Below, in pieces: positions 38,894-47,551 of a stretch of 64,000 nucleotides of DNA; positions within the stretch are counted from its first letter, which is position 1; each line of letters opens with the position of its first letter. A program made the translations under genes and the position numbers. The notes under the pieces were generated by a model. That model was not told the origin of the DNA and did no database searches. It worked only from the letters and a program-made list of their open reading frames with translations. The stretch is from Prevotellaceae bacterium. Its GTDB lineage: Bacteria > Bacteroidota > Bacteroidia > Bacteroidales > UBA932. The stretch covers positions 1,748 through 65,747 of the forward strand of contig JAISLK010000010.1 in NCBI GenBank assembly GCA_031290935.1, written 5' to 3'.

Positions 38894-39811
38894 ATGTTTC
38901 ATCGTTTCATTAATTACTTACGCCACGAAAAACGCTTCTCCGAGCGGACAGTAAGCATTTACGCCGACGCTATCCGGCGTTTTCTGGAGTACGCAGCCGT
39001 TGATTCCAACGATGTGCAGGCGCTGGCTGCACTGACGGCGCAGGAAGTACGTTCCTGGATGGCCGATTTGCTCAAAAGCCAATTGGCCGCCCGCTCCGTC
39101 AATTTACAGCTTTCGGCATTGAGCCGGTTCTTTAAATTCCTGCTGATAGAAGGTATCCTCAAAAAAAACCCGATGCAAAAAATCCAGCGGCCGAAAACAA
39201 GCAAGCGGTTGCCTGAATTTTTTACAGCTACGGCGTTAAACGATTTCCTCAATCGCGATGTCCCTGACAACGGTTATATCAACGTGCGGGACAGGATGGT
39301 TATTGAGTTGTTATACACTACCGGCATCCGCCGCGCCGAATTGATTGCCCTGCGCCCGGTTGATATTTATATTGCCGGCGCGGAAGCGGTGTTGCGCGTT
39401 ACCGGTAAAGGCGACAAGCAGCGCGAAACACCGCTTACCGAAGGGACAAAGGCACAGTTGCAGGAATATTTAAAGGTACGGGAAAGCGCTTTCCCGGGCT
39501 TGTCCGGCAATGACCGCCTGTTTGTAACCGTGAAAGGAAAACCGTTGTATCCACAGGCGGTATACCACCTGGTGCACGACCGGCTGGCAAACCAGCAGGG
39601 ATTTACGGGGAAGAAAAGCCCGCATGTATTGCGTCATTCGCTGGCTACGCATTTATTGAACAACGGCGCCGACATCATGAGTATAAAGGAAACATTGGGG
39701 CATGCGAGCCTTGCCGCCACGCAGGTTTATACGCATAATTCGTTTGCCCAATTAAAGAAAGTGTATGCAAAAACGCACCCGAGGGCAGGGGCAGCAGGCA
39801 GTAAACAGTAA
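38894..39811 (+). CDS. xerC: Tyrosine recombinase XerC/XerD family
   Basis: R...HVLRHSLATHLL...LGHASLAATQVYTH catalytic motifs. Conserved rpsU-xer-hpf synteny of Bacteroidota. Confidence 0.85.
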   Translation: MFHRFINYLRHEKRFSERTVSIYADAIRRFLEYAAVDSNDVQALAALTAQEVRSWMADLLKSQLAARSVNLQLSALSRFFKFLLIEGILKKNPMQKIQRPKTSKRLPEFFTATALNDFLNRDVPDNGYINVRDRMVIELLYTTGIRRAELIALRPVDIYIAGAEAVLRVTGKGDKQRETPLTEGTKAQLQEYLKVRESAFPGLSGNDRLFVTVKGKPLYPQAVYHLVHDRLANQQGFTGKKSPHVLRHSLATHLLNNGADIMSIKETLGHASLAATQVYTHNSFAQLKKVYAKTHPRAGAAGSKQ

Positions 39812-39858
39812 CAGGGAACTGTATAAATATAAAAACAATTTTATAAGGAGAACAAATT

Positions 39859-40152
39859 ATGGAAGTACGTGTACAATCGGTAAAATTTGACGCCGCCCAG
39901 AAATTAATTGACTTTACGATCAAAAAAGTGGCAAAGTTAGGCCGTTTTTTCGACGGCATTATCGCTGCAGAGGTTACTATGAGCCTTACGCCGGATCATG
40001 ATAATAAAAAAGTAGCCGTCCGGCTCGAAATTCCCGGCTATGATTTACGTACCGAAAAACAATGCAGAACCTTTGAAGAAGCCGTGCGCCAATGTGTGGA
40101 CGTGCTGAAAATTCAGTTAAAGAAAACCAAAGAAAAAATGCGCGGGGAATAA
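39859..40152 (+). CDS. hpf: Ribosome hibernation factor HPF/RaiA (short form)
   Basis: 97-aa S30AE-family pattern MEVRVQSVKFDAAQKLIDF... Confidence 0.8.
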   Translation: MEVRVQSVKFDAAQKLIDFTIKKVAKLGRFFDGIIAAEVTMSLTPDHDNKKVAVRLEIPGYDLRTEKQCRTFEEAVRQCVDVLKIQLKKTKEKMRGE

Positions 40153-40167
40153 TTCGCTTCCTGATTT

Positions 40168-41757
40168 TTAATTAAACCCGTAGCTGCTCCAGTTATTGAG
40201 CACTTCTACCGCTTTGATAAATTCTTTGTCGAGGCGTTTGTTGATGATTTCGTAGTAGGCGCCGGTGCTCCAAAGGGTGCGGGCGATAAGGGCTTTTAAT
40301 TGTAGCCGCATGTCGCTGCCGGATATTTCAAGGCCTTTTGCATCGCGCGCTATGCCCTGTTTTTCGGCATAGGCGAGGAATTGTTCGAAGAGGCCGTCGG
40401 TAATGTCAAACTGTTTGTCAAAAGCGGCAAGGGTTTTATAGTTTTTTTCCAAACGGCTGCGGTGCGTATCAACATATTCCAGGATAAACTGGTTGAAGAG
40501 GCCGGCGTGGTTGAGCCGGCCGTAATAGTCGGAATATCCGGCGGTGTCGCGCGGCATGAAAATGTCGGGCATAATGCCGCCGCCGCCATATACGGTGCGG
40601 CGTTTGGATAGGGTCTGGTAGCTCAGGGAGTCGGGAAAACGGATACTGTCGCGGCTGAAGAATTCGCCGTGCAATGCACGTTTATATAAGTCGGCATAGT
40701 ATTTATCGGTTTCTCCGGCGTTGTAGGGGCGTTGAATCAGGCGGCCGGAAGGCGTATGGTAGCGGGCGACGGTGAGCCGGATTTGCGAACCGTCGGTGAG
40801 GGGGAGCAGTTGCTGTACCAGCCCTTTCCCGTAGGAGCGCCGGCCGATGAGGATACCCCTGTCCCAGTCCTGGATGCAGCCGGCAACAATTTCACTGGCC
40901 GAAGCGGAACCTTCATCAAGCAGGACTACCAGATTGCCGGCTTTGAAAAAACCGCCGTTGTCAGAGAATTCCATTGTTTTCGGGTAATGCAGTCCTTCGG
41001 TGTACACCAGCAGGCGGCCGGCGTCGAAGAACTGGTTGCACAAATCAACGGAGGTCTTTAATACTCCGCCGCTATTGCCCCGCAGGTCGAGAATCATGGA
41101 AGCGGGCGTTTTTTTGAATTTCTTTTTCATGGCGCTTTGTATTTCGTCCAGCGTCGTCATGGAGAAACGCCCGAGGCGGATGTACGCCATGCCCGGCTGT
41201 ACTTCGTACAGCGCATCCACGCTATGGATAGGAATTTTATCGCGCACTACGGTAAAGGGCAACGGTTGGGGCGCTCCCTTGCGGATAATCGTCAATGCGA
41301 CTTTCGTGCCTTTCGGCCCCCGCAGGTATTTTAGCACCTGCGCGTTTGTGAGCCCCACGCCGGCGATGTTTTTTTCATCTACCGTAACGATGCGGTCGCC
41401 GGCGCGGATGCCTACCGCCTGCGACGGGCCGCCGGAGATGGGTGATACAACGGCGAGGGTATCGTTCAAGATATTAAATTCAATCCCGACGCCTTCAAAG
41501 TTGCCTTCGAGCGGTTCGTACGAGGCCTTCACTTCATCGGCATTGAGGTAGATAGAATGCGGGTCTAAGTTTTTCAGGGTAGCAACAATCGCCTTTTCGG
41601 TGAGTTTGCCGATGCCGGCGCTGTCCACGTAATGGTTGTTGATGTAAAGCAGCAGCTGGGCGAATTTCTGGTAACTTCCGGTAACTTCGGGGTTGGTTTG
41701 GGCAGCCGCAGGCAAGGAGAGCAGCAGGGATAAAAGCCAGTAAGTAATTTTTTTCAT
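40168..41757 (-). CDS. S41 family C-terminal processing peptidase with PDZ domain
   Basis: PDZ GIRAGDRIVTVD. S41 core LVVLLDEGSASASEI...GKGLVQ. Confidence 0.9.
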   Translation of the reverse strand: MKKITYWLLSLLLSLPAAAQTNPEVTGSYQKFAQLLLYINNHYVDSAGIGKLTEKAIVATLKNLDPHSIYLNADEVKASYEPLEGNFEGVGIEFNILNDTLAVVSPISGGPSQAVGIRAGDRIVTVDEKNIAGVGLTNAQVLKYLRGPKGTKVALTIIRKGAPQPLPFTVVRDKIPIHSVDALYEVQPGMAYIRLGRFSMTTLDEIQSAMKKKFKKTPASMILDLRGNSGGVLKTSVDLCNQFFDAGRLLVYTEGLHYPKTMEFSDNGGFFKAGNLVVLLDEGSASASEIVAGCIQDWDRGILIGRRSYGKGLVQQLLPLTDGSQIRLTVARYHTPSGRLIQRPYNAGETDKYYADLYKRALHGEFFSRDSIRFPDSLSYQTLSKRRTVYGGGGIMPDIFMPRDTAGYSDYYGRLNHAGLFNQFILEYVDTHRSRLEKNYKTLAAFDKQFDITDGLFEQFLAYAEKQGIARDAKGLEISGSDMRLQLKALIARTLWSTGAYYEIINKRLDKEFIKAVEVLNNWSSYGFN

Positions 41758-41790
41758 CTGGGATATTTTGAATGAATAAGTCCTTTTTCA

Positions 41791-41798
41791 CAAAGATA
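41791..41798 (-). promoter_or_regulatory. -7 box for the S41 peptidase gene
   Basis: CAAAGATA on the + strand, 34 nt upstream of the start. Confidence 0.5.
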
Positions 41799-41945
41799 CG
41801 AACTTAAAGTTAAACACCGGCAATGAGCATCATTTTTAACTCTTGGCGCGTTATTTTTGTCTTTTTCGCCCGGGAAATTAACCGGATTTGCTAAAAATGC
41901 GGCAGCGGTTTTTAATTTTTAGTTTTTGACTTTTGCGTGATGACT

Positions 41946-41977
41946 AAAAAAGCATATCGAATTTTCGATATGCTTTT
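41946..41977 (-). terminator. Rho-independent (bidirectional) terminator downstream of tRNA-Lys
   Basis: 10-bp stem AGCATATCGA/TCGATATGCT flanked by an A run and a T run. Confidence 0.75.
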
Positions 41978-41981
41978 ATTG

Positions 41982-42054
41982 TGATCCGCCCGGGGCTCGA
42001 ACCCGGGACCCCAACATTAAAAGTGTTGTGCTCTACCAGCTGAGCTAGCGAATC
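41982..42054 (-). tRNA. tRNA-Lys (anticodon TTT)
   Basis: Cloverleaf by hand: acceptor GATTCGC/GCGGATC, anticodon stem CAACA/TGTTG with loop CTTTTAA, T loop TTCGAGC. Confidence 0.9.
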
Positions 42055-42081
42055 GTTCCGTCGCTTTTTTTAAAGCGGATG

Positions 42082-42089
42082 CAAAGGTA
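42082..42089 (-). promoter_or_regulatory. -7 box for tRNA-Lys
   Basis: CAAAGGTA on the + strand, 28 nt upstream of the tRNA 5' end. Confidence 0.5.
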
Positions 42090-42124
42090 GTGTTTTTTTC
42101 AGAAGTATCAAAACAAAATTGTAT

Positions 42125-42892
42125 CTACTTTCCAAATTGTTGTAATTTTAAGGCGGTAAGCACGCGCTTGGTGTCAAGTGTAAAATCACTGGTCATTATC
42201 CAGGTATAGTAGGCCGGTTCGTTTTTCAGTACATCCGTTACGCGTTTGCCTTTGTGTTTGCCGAAAGTAATCACTGCTTCTCCCTTATCGTTAAGTACAA
42301 AGCGGCCGGCGTAGTCCAGCAGGCGTTTTTCGTTGGAGAGGGCGGCCAGGTGCGCCATATCGTTTTGCAGGGTATCGTATTTGTCTAATTGCGCCTGTAG
42401 CACTTCATAGGTAGCCCGTGTATCGGCTTCAGCGCTGTGAGCGTTTTCCAGTGTTTTGTTGCAGTAAAATTTGTATGCGCCGGACAGCGTACGCGGTTCC
42501 ATTTTATAAAAAACAGTTTGCACATCAATCAGCTTGCGTTTGTGGAAATCAAAATGCACGTCGGCGCGGATAAATTCTTCGGCTAAGATGGGGATGTCGA
42601 ATTTCAGGGAGTTGTAGCCGGCGATATCGCAGCCTTCCATGTAGGCGGCCAAGTTTTTCGCTACTTCGGGAAATGTCGGGCAGGCTGCCACGTCGGCGTC
42701 GCTAATGCCGTGCAAGGCCTGCGCTTCTTTGGGGATAGGAATGGTCGGGTTGAGGCGGCGCGTTTTGCATTCTTCGCTGTTATCGGGCGATATTTTCAGG
42801 ATGCTTATTTCCACGATGCGGTCTTTCACAATATCCAGGCCGGTGGTTTCCACATCAAAAAAAATGATAGGGTTTTTCAGGTTTAATTTCAC
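42125..42892 (-). CDS. DnaQ-like 3'-5' exonuclease domain protein
   Basis: Exo I motif FFDVETTGL and HSAEADT (Exo III). 255 aa. Confidence 0.8.
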   Translation of the reverse strand: MKLNLKNPIIFFDVETTGLDIVKDRIVEISILKISPDNSEECKTRRLNPTIPIPKEAQALHGISDADVAACPTFPEVAKNLAAYMEGCDIAGYNSLKFDIPILAEEFIRADVHFDFHKRKLIDVQTVFYKMEPRTLSGAYKFYCNKTLENAHSAEADTRATYEVLQAQLDKYDTLQNDMAHLAALSNEKRLLDYAGRFVLNDKGEAVITFGKHKGKRVTDVLKNEPAYYTWIMTSDFTLDTKRVLTALKLQQFGK

Positions 42893-44328
42893 GGCAGTAA
42901 TGTGGGCAAGGTGGCTTTTAGCTGATCTATGACAACATCTTTCAGGATGATTTTTTTCTCGCTGTCCAGTAAATATATCGTCGGGATAGCGTGGATGTCG
43001 TATTTTGCATAGATGTTTTCCGTGTCATCCGGCGACCAGACATTTATCCAGTCAAACTGGTTCTTTTCGGTAATGTAGGGCAGCCAGTCTGATTTGGTTT
43101 TGTCCACATAGACGGCGTATACCTGCAATCCTTTGTTGCGGTATTCCTGATAGACTTCCCAGAGAACGGGGGTAACCATCGCGCAGGTTCCGCACAGGGG
43201 ATTGAAGAAATACAGTACGGTGTAGGGCGACTGTACGTCGTGCAGCGCGATGAACTGCCCGTTCGGGTCTTGCAGTTTCAAATTGGTAGCAATAGAACCG
43301 AACGGGTTTAGCTGCCCCAGCCTTGTGGCTTCTTTCAGTTTATCGACATAGGCTTTGTCTGCCCAGTTGTCGGCGTCCTGCGCGACGTATTTATCGGCAA
43401 TATATAATGCGATAGGTTCTATTTCGGGATAGGGCGAGCTGCGGAACAGGTTGTAGAGGCTGCGTACCGTAAATTCATATATTTCCCGGTTGGCACTGGC
43501 TTTGTTAATTAAGAAGTCAACCTGCGCCTCCATCACGTCTTTTTCCGGCGGGAGCACTTGTGAGAAATATGTGGAGAACAGATTAGATAATACCGGTATG
43601 CGCAGTACCCGCGTATCGGAGAAGTCCACGTTGTCAAAAAAATGTTCTTTATAAAAATTCATGAAATAAGCCTGCCGCAGCGAATCGGGATTGGGCGACA
43701 TGGGGGAGATGTTCGGCTCCGGCGCTTCCGGTTCCTGCATGGAGTGGAAGAAGAAGGCAAGGGTTGTGCCGGGGTAATTTTCCTGGATAGCGTTGATGCG
43801 GGCTCTTACCTGCTGGTTCAGTTCCTGCATCTGCGAAGTAATGGAATAGGCCGAATCGGGGTTTTGCCGGTAGAGTTGCATCCGTTCCTGCAAGCGTTGG
43901 GCGCGTTGCCGGATAGAACTGATAAAATGCATATAGCCGGCAAAGCCTTCGTTTTCCGGGGAGCCCTTTACAACAAGCGAAGGCAGCCCCTGCGCAACGT
44001 CGAAGGTGATTGAAAATTGTTGCGGCGCCCCGGCGGTAATAAAAAATTCGATGTTGCTTTCATTTGTCTGGATGCTGTACATGCCGGCATCCAGCGGTTG
44101 TTCGCCCTGGAATACAACTTTTCCGCCGGCGTCCGACCGGAGCGAGTCGAATGCAGCGGATTCCGCATTCACGTAACGGTTCAGCCGTACCTGTGCATCC
44201 TGCTTTGCACCGGTAATCTGTACTTCGATAGCATACCCTTTCGGGGCAGCGTTCTTTTTCTGCGAAGCAGCAACTCCCCACGTATTGCATAGTAATACGG
44301 CAAGGGAAAGTGTAAGTAGTTTTTTCAT
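42889..44328 (-). CDS. Thioredoxin-fold (TlpA/AhpC-TSA-like) secreted protein with large N-terminal domain
   Basis: Signal peptide. C-terminal thioredoxin-like domain with FFNPLCGTC (CxxC). Confidence 0.65.
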   Translation of the reverse strand: MKKLLTLSLAVLLCNTWGVAASQKKNAAPKGYAIEVQITGAKQDAQVRLNRYVNAESAAFDSLRSDAGGKVVFQGEQPLDAGMYSIQTNESNIEFFITAGAPQQFSITFDVAQGLPSLVVKGSPENEGFAGYMHFISSIRQRAQRLQERMQLYRQNPDSAYSITSQMQELNQQVRARINAIQENYPGTTLAFFFHSMQEPEAPEPNISPMSPNPDSLRQAYFMNFYKEHFFDNVDFSDTRVLRIPVLSNLFSTYFSQVLPPEKDVMEAQVDFLINKASANREIYEFTVRSLYNLFRSSPYPEIEPIALYIADKYVAQDADNWADKAYVDKLKEATRLGQLNPFGSIATNLKLQDPNGQFIALHDVQSPYTVLYFFNPLCGTCAMVTPVLWEVYQEYRNKGLQVYAVYVDKTKSDWLPYITEKNQFDWINVWSPDDTENIYAKYDIHAIPTIYLLDSEKKIILKDVVIDQLKATLPTLLP

Positions 44329-44377
44329 TATATTATTATGTATTGATTTTTGATTTCTGACTGGCTGCCGCCGGTAT

Positions 44378-45871
44378 TTATGAGTCGCTGTTTTCCGCTT
44401 CTTCCGCCGTATCCTTGATAGGTTCCTTGTCGATGTACAGCCCCAGCAGCTGCGACAACAAGTCGTGGGATACGCGGCGGGCGATAATGGTTTTATCTTT
44501 GTTCAGGAGGAACACCTGCGGCGTTGTATTCACGCCATACCAGTCAATAAAGCCTGTTTGCCGGTAAGGGTCCCATACGTTTATCCAGTCTTCCAGCCGG
44601 TTTTTCTGTAAAAACTCCAACCATTCCGGCTGGTTGACTTGCGTATATACGCAGAAGGCCTGTACCCCCTTGTCCTTATATTTGGTGTACACTTCATGCA
44701 GTTTCGGAACTTCCGTTTTGCAATGCCCGCAGTTGGAATCAAAGAAAATAAGCAGCGCGTAGGGCGTTTGGATGTCATACAGCGATACATATTCCCCCGT
44801 CATCGTTTGCATTTTCAGGTCATGCGCTTTCATGCCCACCAGCGAATGGGCGTTATAGTGCGCATATTCGCGGATGCTTTTCATGAAAGTCGTGTCTTTC
44901 TCCGCCCATGCGGCTTGCCCCGAGAGGTAATAGGTGTTGATAATGTCGAGGACAACCGCTTCCATGCCCATCGCATATTCATCATTGATGGTATAGGTTT
45001 TCCACTGGATATAGGTATTGAAAAGATGCCCCAGGCAAAACATGAACATCGTGCTGTCGGCCTTTGCCAGCTCCAGCGCCGCGTGTATTTGCGGGATAAT
45101 GGAATCGGGGTGTTGAATAAGTTTGTTTTGGAAATAATATTCAAAGTTCGGCTGGAACACCGGCGTATTCAACAACCGGGCGTCGGAAAGATCCAGGTTG
45201 TCGAGATAATGGTCTTTTTCCCAGTTGTAATAATACACCCAGCGCAGGGAATCGCCGTTGGCGGCGTCTTTGGGAATCTCCGGCTCGGGCGCAGGAGCAG
45301 GCGGCTGCACCGCCCGCGCCATAGACGCTAAAAGTTTACCTTTCCACTGTTCCATCGCTTGCCGGGTATAGGCTTTCTCTTCGTCTGCTATTATCTTCAA
45401 GCTGTCGCGGGCAATGGAAGCGAACGAAGAGTCTTTCTGCGCCTGTTCGCGCAGGCGGTTACCGGCGCGTTGCCGTTGCCCGAGGTATTTTTGGAAATCC
45501 AGGAACGCGACGTTCTCCGGCGAATTCTCATAAATAATATCCACCGATTTATCCTTATTTTTCTTGTAGTGGACGCTAAACTGCTGGCTGTCGTCGTCCG
45601 AAATGAGAAAGTCGAATAACAGCATGCCGCCGGAAGCAAAGAGATAGAGGCCGCCCGGCAATGGCGTTTCTTTTGAAAATACGGCGCGGCCCTGCGCATC
45701 GGTCAGCGCCGTATCAACGGCATATTTACTGTTGCCGCCATATCTTGCCAACAAAACCGTAGAGTCTTTTTGTGCACCGTCGAGCAATAACGCTATCCGG
45801 TAGCCCTGTGCGGCAGCCATTCCGGGAAGTAATGCCAGCACTGTCATACAAACAATAAACCATGTTCTCAT
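44378..45871 (-). CDS. Thioredoxin-fold (TlpA/AhpC-TSA-like) secreted protein, paralog of 42889..44328
   Basis: Same architecture as its neighbour. FFDSNCGHC (CxxC). Confidence 0.65.
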   Translation of the reverse strand: MRTWFIVCMTVLALLPGMAAAQGYRIALLLDGAQKDSTVLLARYGGNSKYAVDTALTDAQGRAVFSKETPLPGGLYLFASGGMLLFDFLISDDDSQQFSVHYKKNKDKSVDIIYENSPENVAFLDFQKYLGQRQRAGNRLREQAQKDSSFASIARDSLKIIADEEKAYTRQAMEQWKGKLLASMARAVQPPAPAPEPEIPKDAANGDSLRWVYYYNWEKDHYLDNLDLSDARLLNTPVFQPNFEYYFQNKLIQHPDSIIPQIHAALELAKADSTMFMFCLGHLFNTYIQWKTYTINDEYAMGMEAVVLDIINTYYLSGQAAWAEKDTTFMKSIREYAHYNAHSLVGMKAHDLKMQTMTGEYVSLYDIQTPYALLIFFDSNCGHCKTEVPKLHEVYTKYKDKGVQAFCVYTQVNQPEWLEFLQKNRLEDWINVWDPYRQTGFIDWYGVNTTPQVFLLNKDKTIIARRVSHDLLSQLLGLYIDKEPIKDTAEEAENSDS

Positions 45872-45897
45872 AATATCAAGTTCTGCTTATTTGTATG

Positions 45898-45905
45898 CAA
45901 AAGTA
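45898..45905 (-). promoter_or_regulatory. -7 box for the TlpA-like operon
   Basis: CAAAAGTA on the + strand, 27 nt upstream of the start at 45871. Confidence 0.5.
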
Positions 45906-46017
45906 GATAAATTTATTCAAAGCACAAAAAGAGCGATGGGATGATGTCGCAAGTCGCGATTGCCCTGCGGGCAAGCCGGCAACTCATAATTCATCATTCA
46001 TAATTAAAAAAAAACAC

Positions 46018-46025
46018 TATCTTTG
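46018..46025 (+). promoter_or_regulatory. Candidate -7 box TATCTTTG reading into the 21-bp array
   Basis: Perfect TAnnTTTG, 21 nt before the ATG at 46046 and about 255 nt before the array. Confidence 0.4.
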
Positions 46026-46278
46026 CACCCAACAAGTTAAACATTATGGAAAACCTTTTAAACATCACCGCCCCGCGCACCGAAACCTTTCCGGTTTTTT
46101 TGATGTTTAGGTTTACCTCCACTCCAGAACTTTCTGAGAATCAGTTAATCACAGCGTATTTCGCACTGAAACCCTTGCGGCGCAAGGGATGCGGCGCACA
46201 GGACTTTTCCCGCGCAATAGCTTCATTTACACAAACGGCGGGCTGCCCCGCGAATGCCCCGTTCTGGCAAACGCCCCG

Positions 46279-46506
46279 CGCGGGGGCTTTCCCGCAAAGC
46301 GCGGGGGCTTTCCCGCAGACCGCGGGGGCTTTCCCGCAGACCGCGGGGGCTTTCCCGCAGACCGCGGGGGCTTTCCCGCAAAGCGCGGGGGCTTCCACGC
46401 GGACCGCGGGGGCTTTCCCGCAGACCGCGTGGGCTTTCCCGCAAAGCGCGGGGGCTTTCCCGCAGACCGCGGGGGCTTTCCCACAGACCGCGGGGGCTTT
46501 CCCGCG
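46279..46506. repeat. Tandem array, about 11 copies of a 21-bp unit CGCGGGGGCTTTCCCGCAGAC
   Basis: Read directly. Each unit forms a GCGGG..CCCGC hairpin. The array has no stop codon in any frame, so six overlapping artefact ORFs cover it. Confidence 0.95.
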
Positions 46507-46557
46507 CATTGTGCGGCGTTTCACTAATCGCCCAAAGCAACCAAAACAACAATCATA

Positions 46558-46676
46558 TGACCATCGACTTTGAAGAAGAAGACCGCGGGAAAACCTTCTG
46601 GTACGCCGTCCGCTGGGAAAACACCACCGGACTGAAAGGCCCCTGGAGCGAAATCAGGAGCGCGGTGATTCCGTAA
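46558..46676 (+). pseudogene. Fragment homologous to the C-terminus of the 17250..17948 protein (RWEN..KGPW..VIP)
   Basis: MTIDFEEEDRGKTFWYAVRWENTTGLKGPWSEIRSAVIP aligns without gaps to the last 39 aa of the 232-aa protein. I counted 16 identities by hand. Confidence 0.5.
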
Positions 46677-46736
46677 TGATGAGTTATGAATTATGAGTGA
46701 TGAATTATGAATTATGAATTTTTAAAACAAAATAAT

Positions 46737-47258
46737 ATGAAAAAAATTTTAACTATTATCATGCTTTTCGGGGTTTGCTACGGCTATGCCCAGAACACCC
46801 CGCGTTACGCCGCCAGCGCCAAAACATGGAAATTCGGTAACCAGACTTGGAGCGATGCCATTCAAATTCCCGAATGTAACAAATCAAGTTTCGAGAACAG
46901 CGACACGGCGCCGCAGTGCCGCAACTATACCGAAGACTCGAACACGTGGTATTATTATAATTGGGCGTATGTAAAGGCCAATGCAGCGAAATTGTGTCCC
47001 AGCCCTTGGCGCGTGCCCTCGAAGGAGGACTTTGAATTGATGGTTGAGCTAACCGATGAAAACAATCTAATGAGCGCCTGGGGGCGTCCCGGCCTCGCAG
47101 ATGACAGTTCAGTGCACCTCGTGGGCTCGCTCGCCCTCTTCCGGTCCACTACGGCGGCTCGTACCGCGCGTGCGTACGTGTCGCACTACGACCACGACAG
47201 TATGGGCGTGCTCTACACCGGCATACACTATGGACTGCCGGTTCATTGCGTCCGTTAG
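46737..47258 (+). CDS. Secreted protein with Fibrobacter succinogenes major paralogous (FISUMP) domain
   Basis: Signal peptide MKKILTIIMLFGV. Motifs W..NL-type, PSPWRVPSKEDFELM and C-terminal VHCVR. Start trimmed to 46737. Confidence 0.65.
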   Translation: MKKILTIIMLFGVCYGYAQNTPRYAASAKTWKFGNQTWSDAIQIPECNKSSFENSDTAPQCRNYTEDSNTWYYYNWAYVKANAAKLCPSPWRVPSKEDFELMVELTDENNLMSAWGRPGLADDSSVHLVGSLALFRSTTAARTARAYVSHYDHDSMGVLYTGIHYGLPVHCVR

Positions 47259-47278
47259 TCGCAGGAATTCCTCCCCGC

Positions 47279-47514
47279 GCCGCCCGCACGAAAGTGCAGG
47301 CGGCGGTCGTTTGTTGTCCGCAGGACAACCATATCAATAGCAAAGACGAGCCCCCGTATTGCCAATAGCCCGCAGGGCTTTCATGCCGGCGCTTTGTATG
47401 CATCCCCTGCGGGGAATGGGTCTACAGGGTGACGGCATTGTTCTATTGATATGGTTGCCCTCACGGGCAACCGCCCTGCGGTTGCCGCCGCCGCACGAAA
47501 GTGCGGGCGGCGGC
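47279..47514. other. About 236-bp imperfect palindromic module made of at least 7 GC-rich hairpins
   Basis: Terminal hairpins with GAAA loops at 47279-47306 and 47485-47514. Perfect 15-bp long-range inverted repeat CAACCATATCAATAG (47326-47340) / CTATTGATATGGTTG (47443-47457). Internal GCA/TGC-loop hairpins. Confidence 0.8.
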
Positions 47515-47537
47515 AACCTAAATCCGTAAATTTTCTT

Positions 47538-47545
47538 TACCTTTG
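47538..47545 (+). promoter_or_regulatory. -7 box TACCTTTG for the HD-domain gene
   Basis: Immediately upstream of the ATGs at 47552 and 47555. Confidence 0.5.
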
Positions 47546-47551
47546 CAACGC

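Noticed and set aside
46046-46676. Six overlapping ORFs across the 21-bp array (heptad AGAFPQT, RGLSRRP and others) as repeat proteins
   Set aside because: The array is open in all six frames, which is a property of the repeat and not of coding. Only the last 39 codons (46558..46676) show protein-level homology to another gene.
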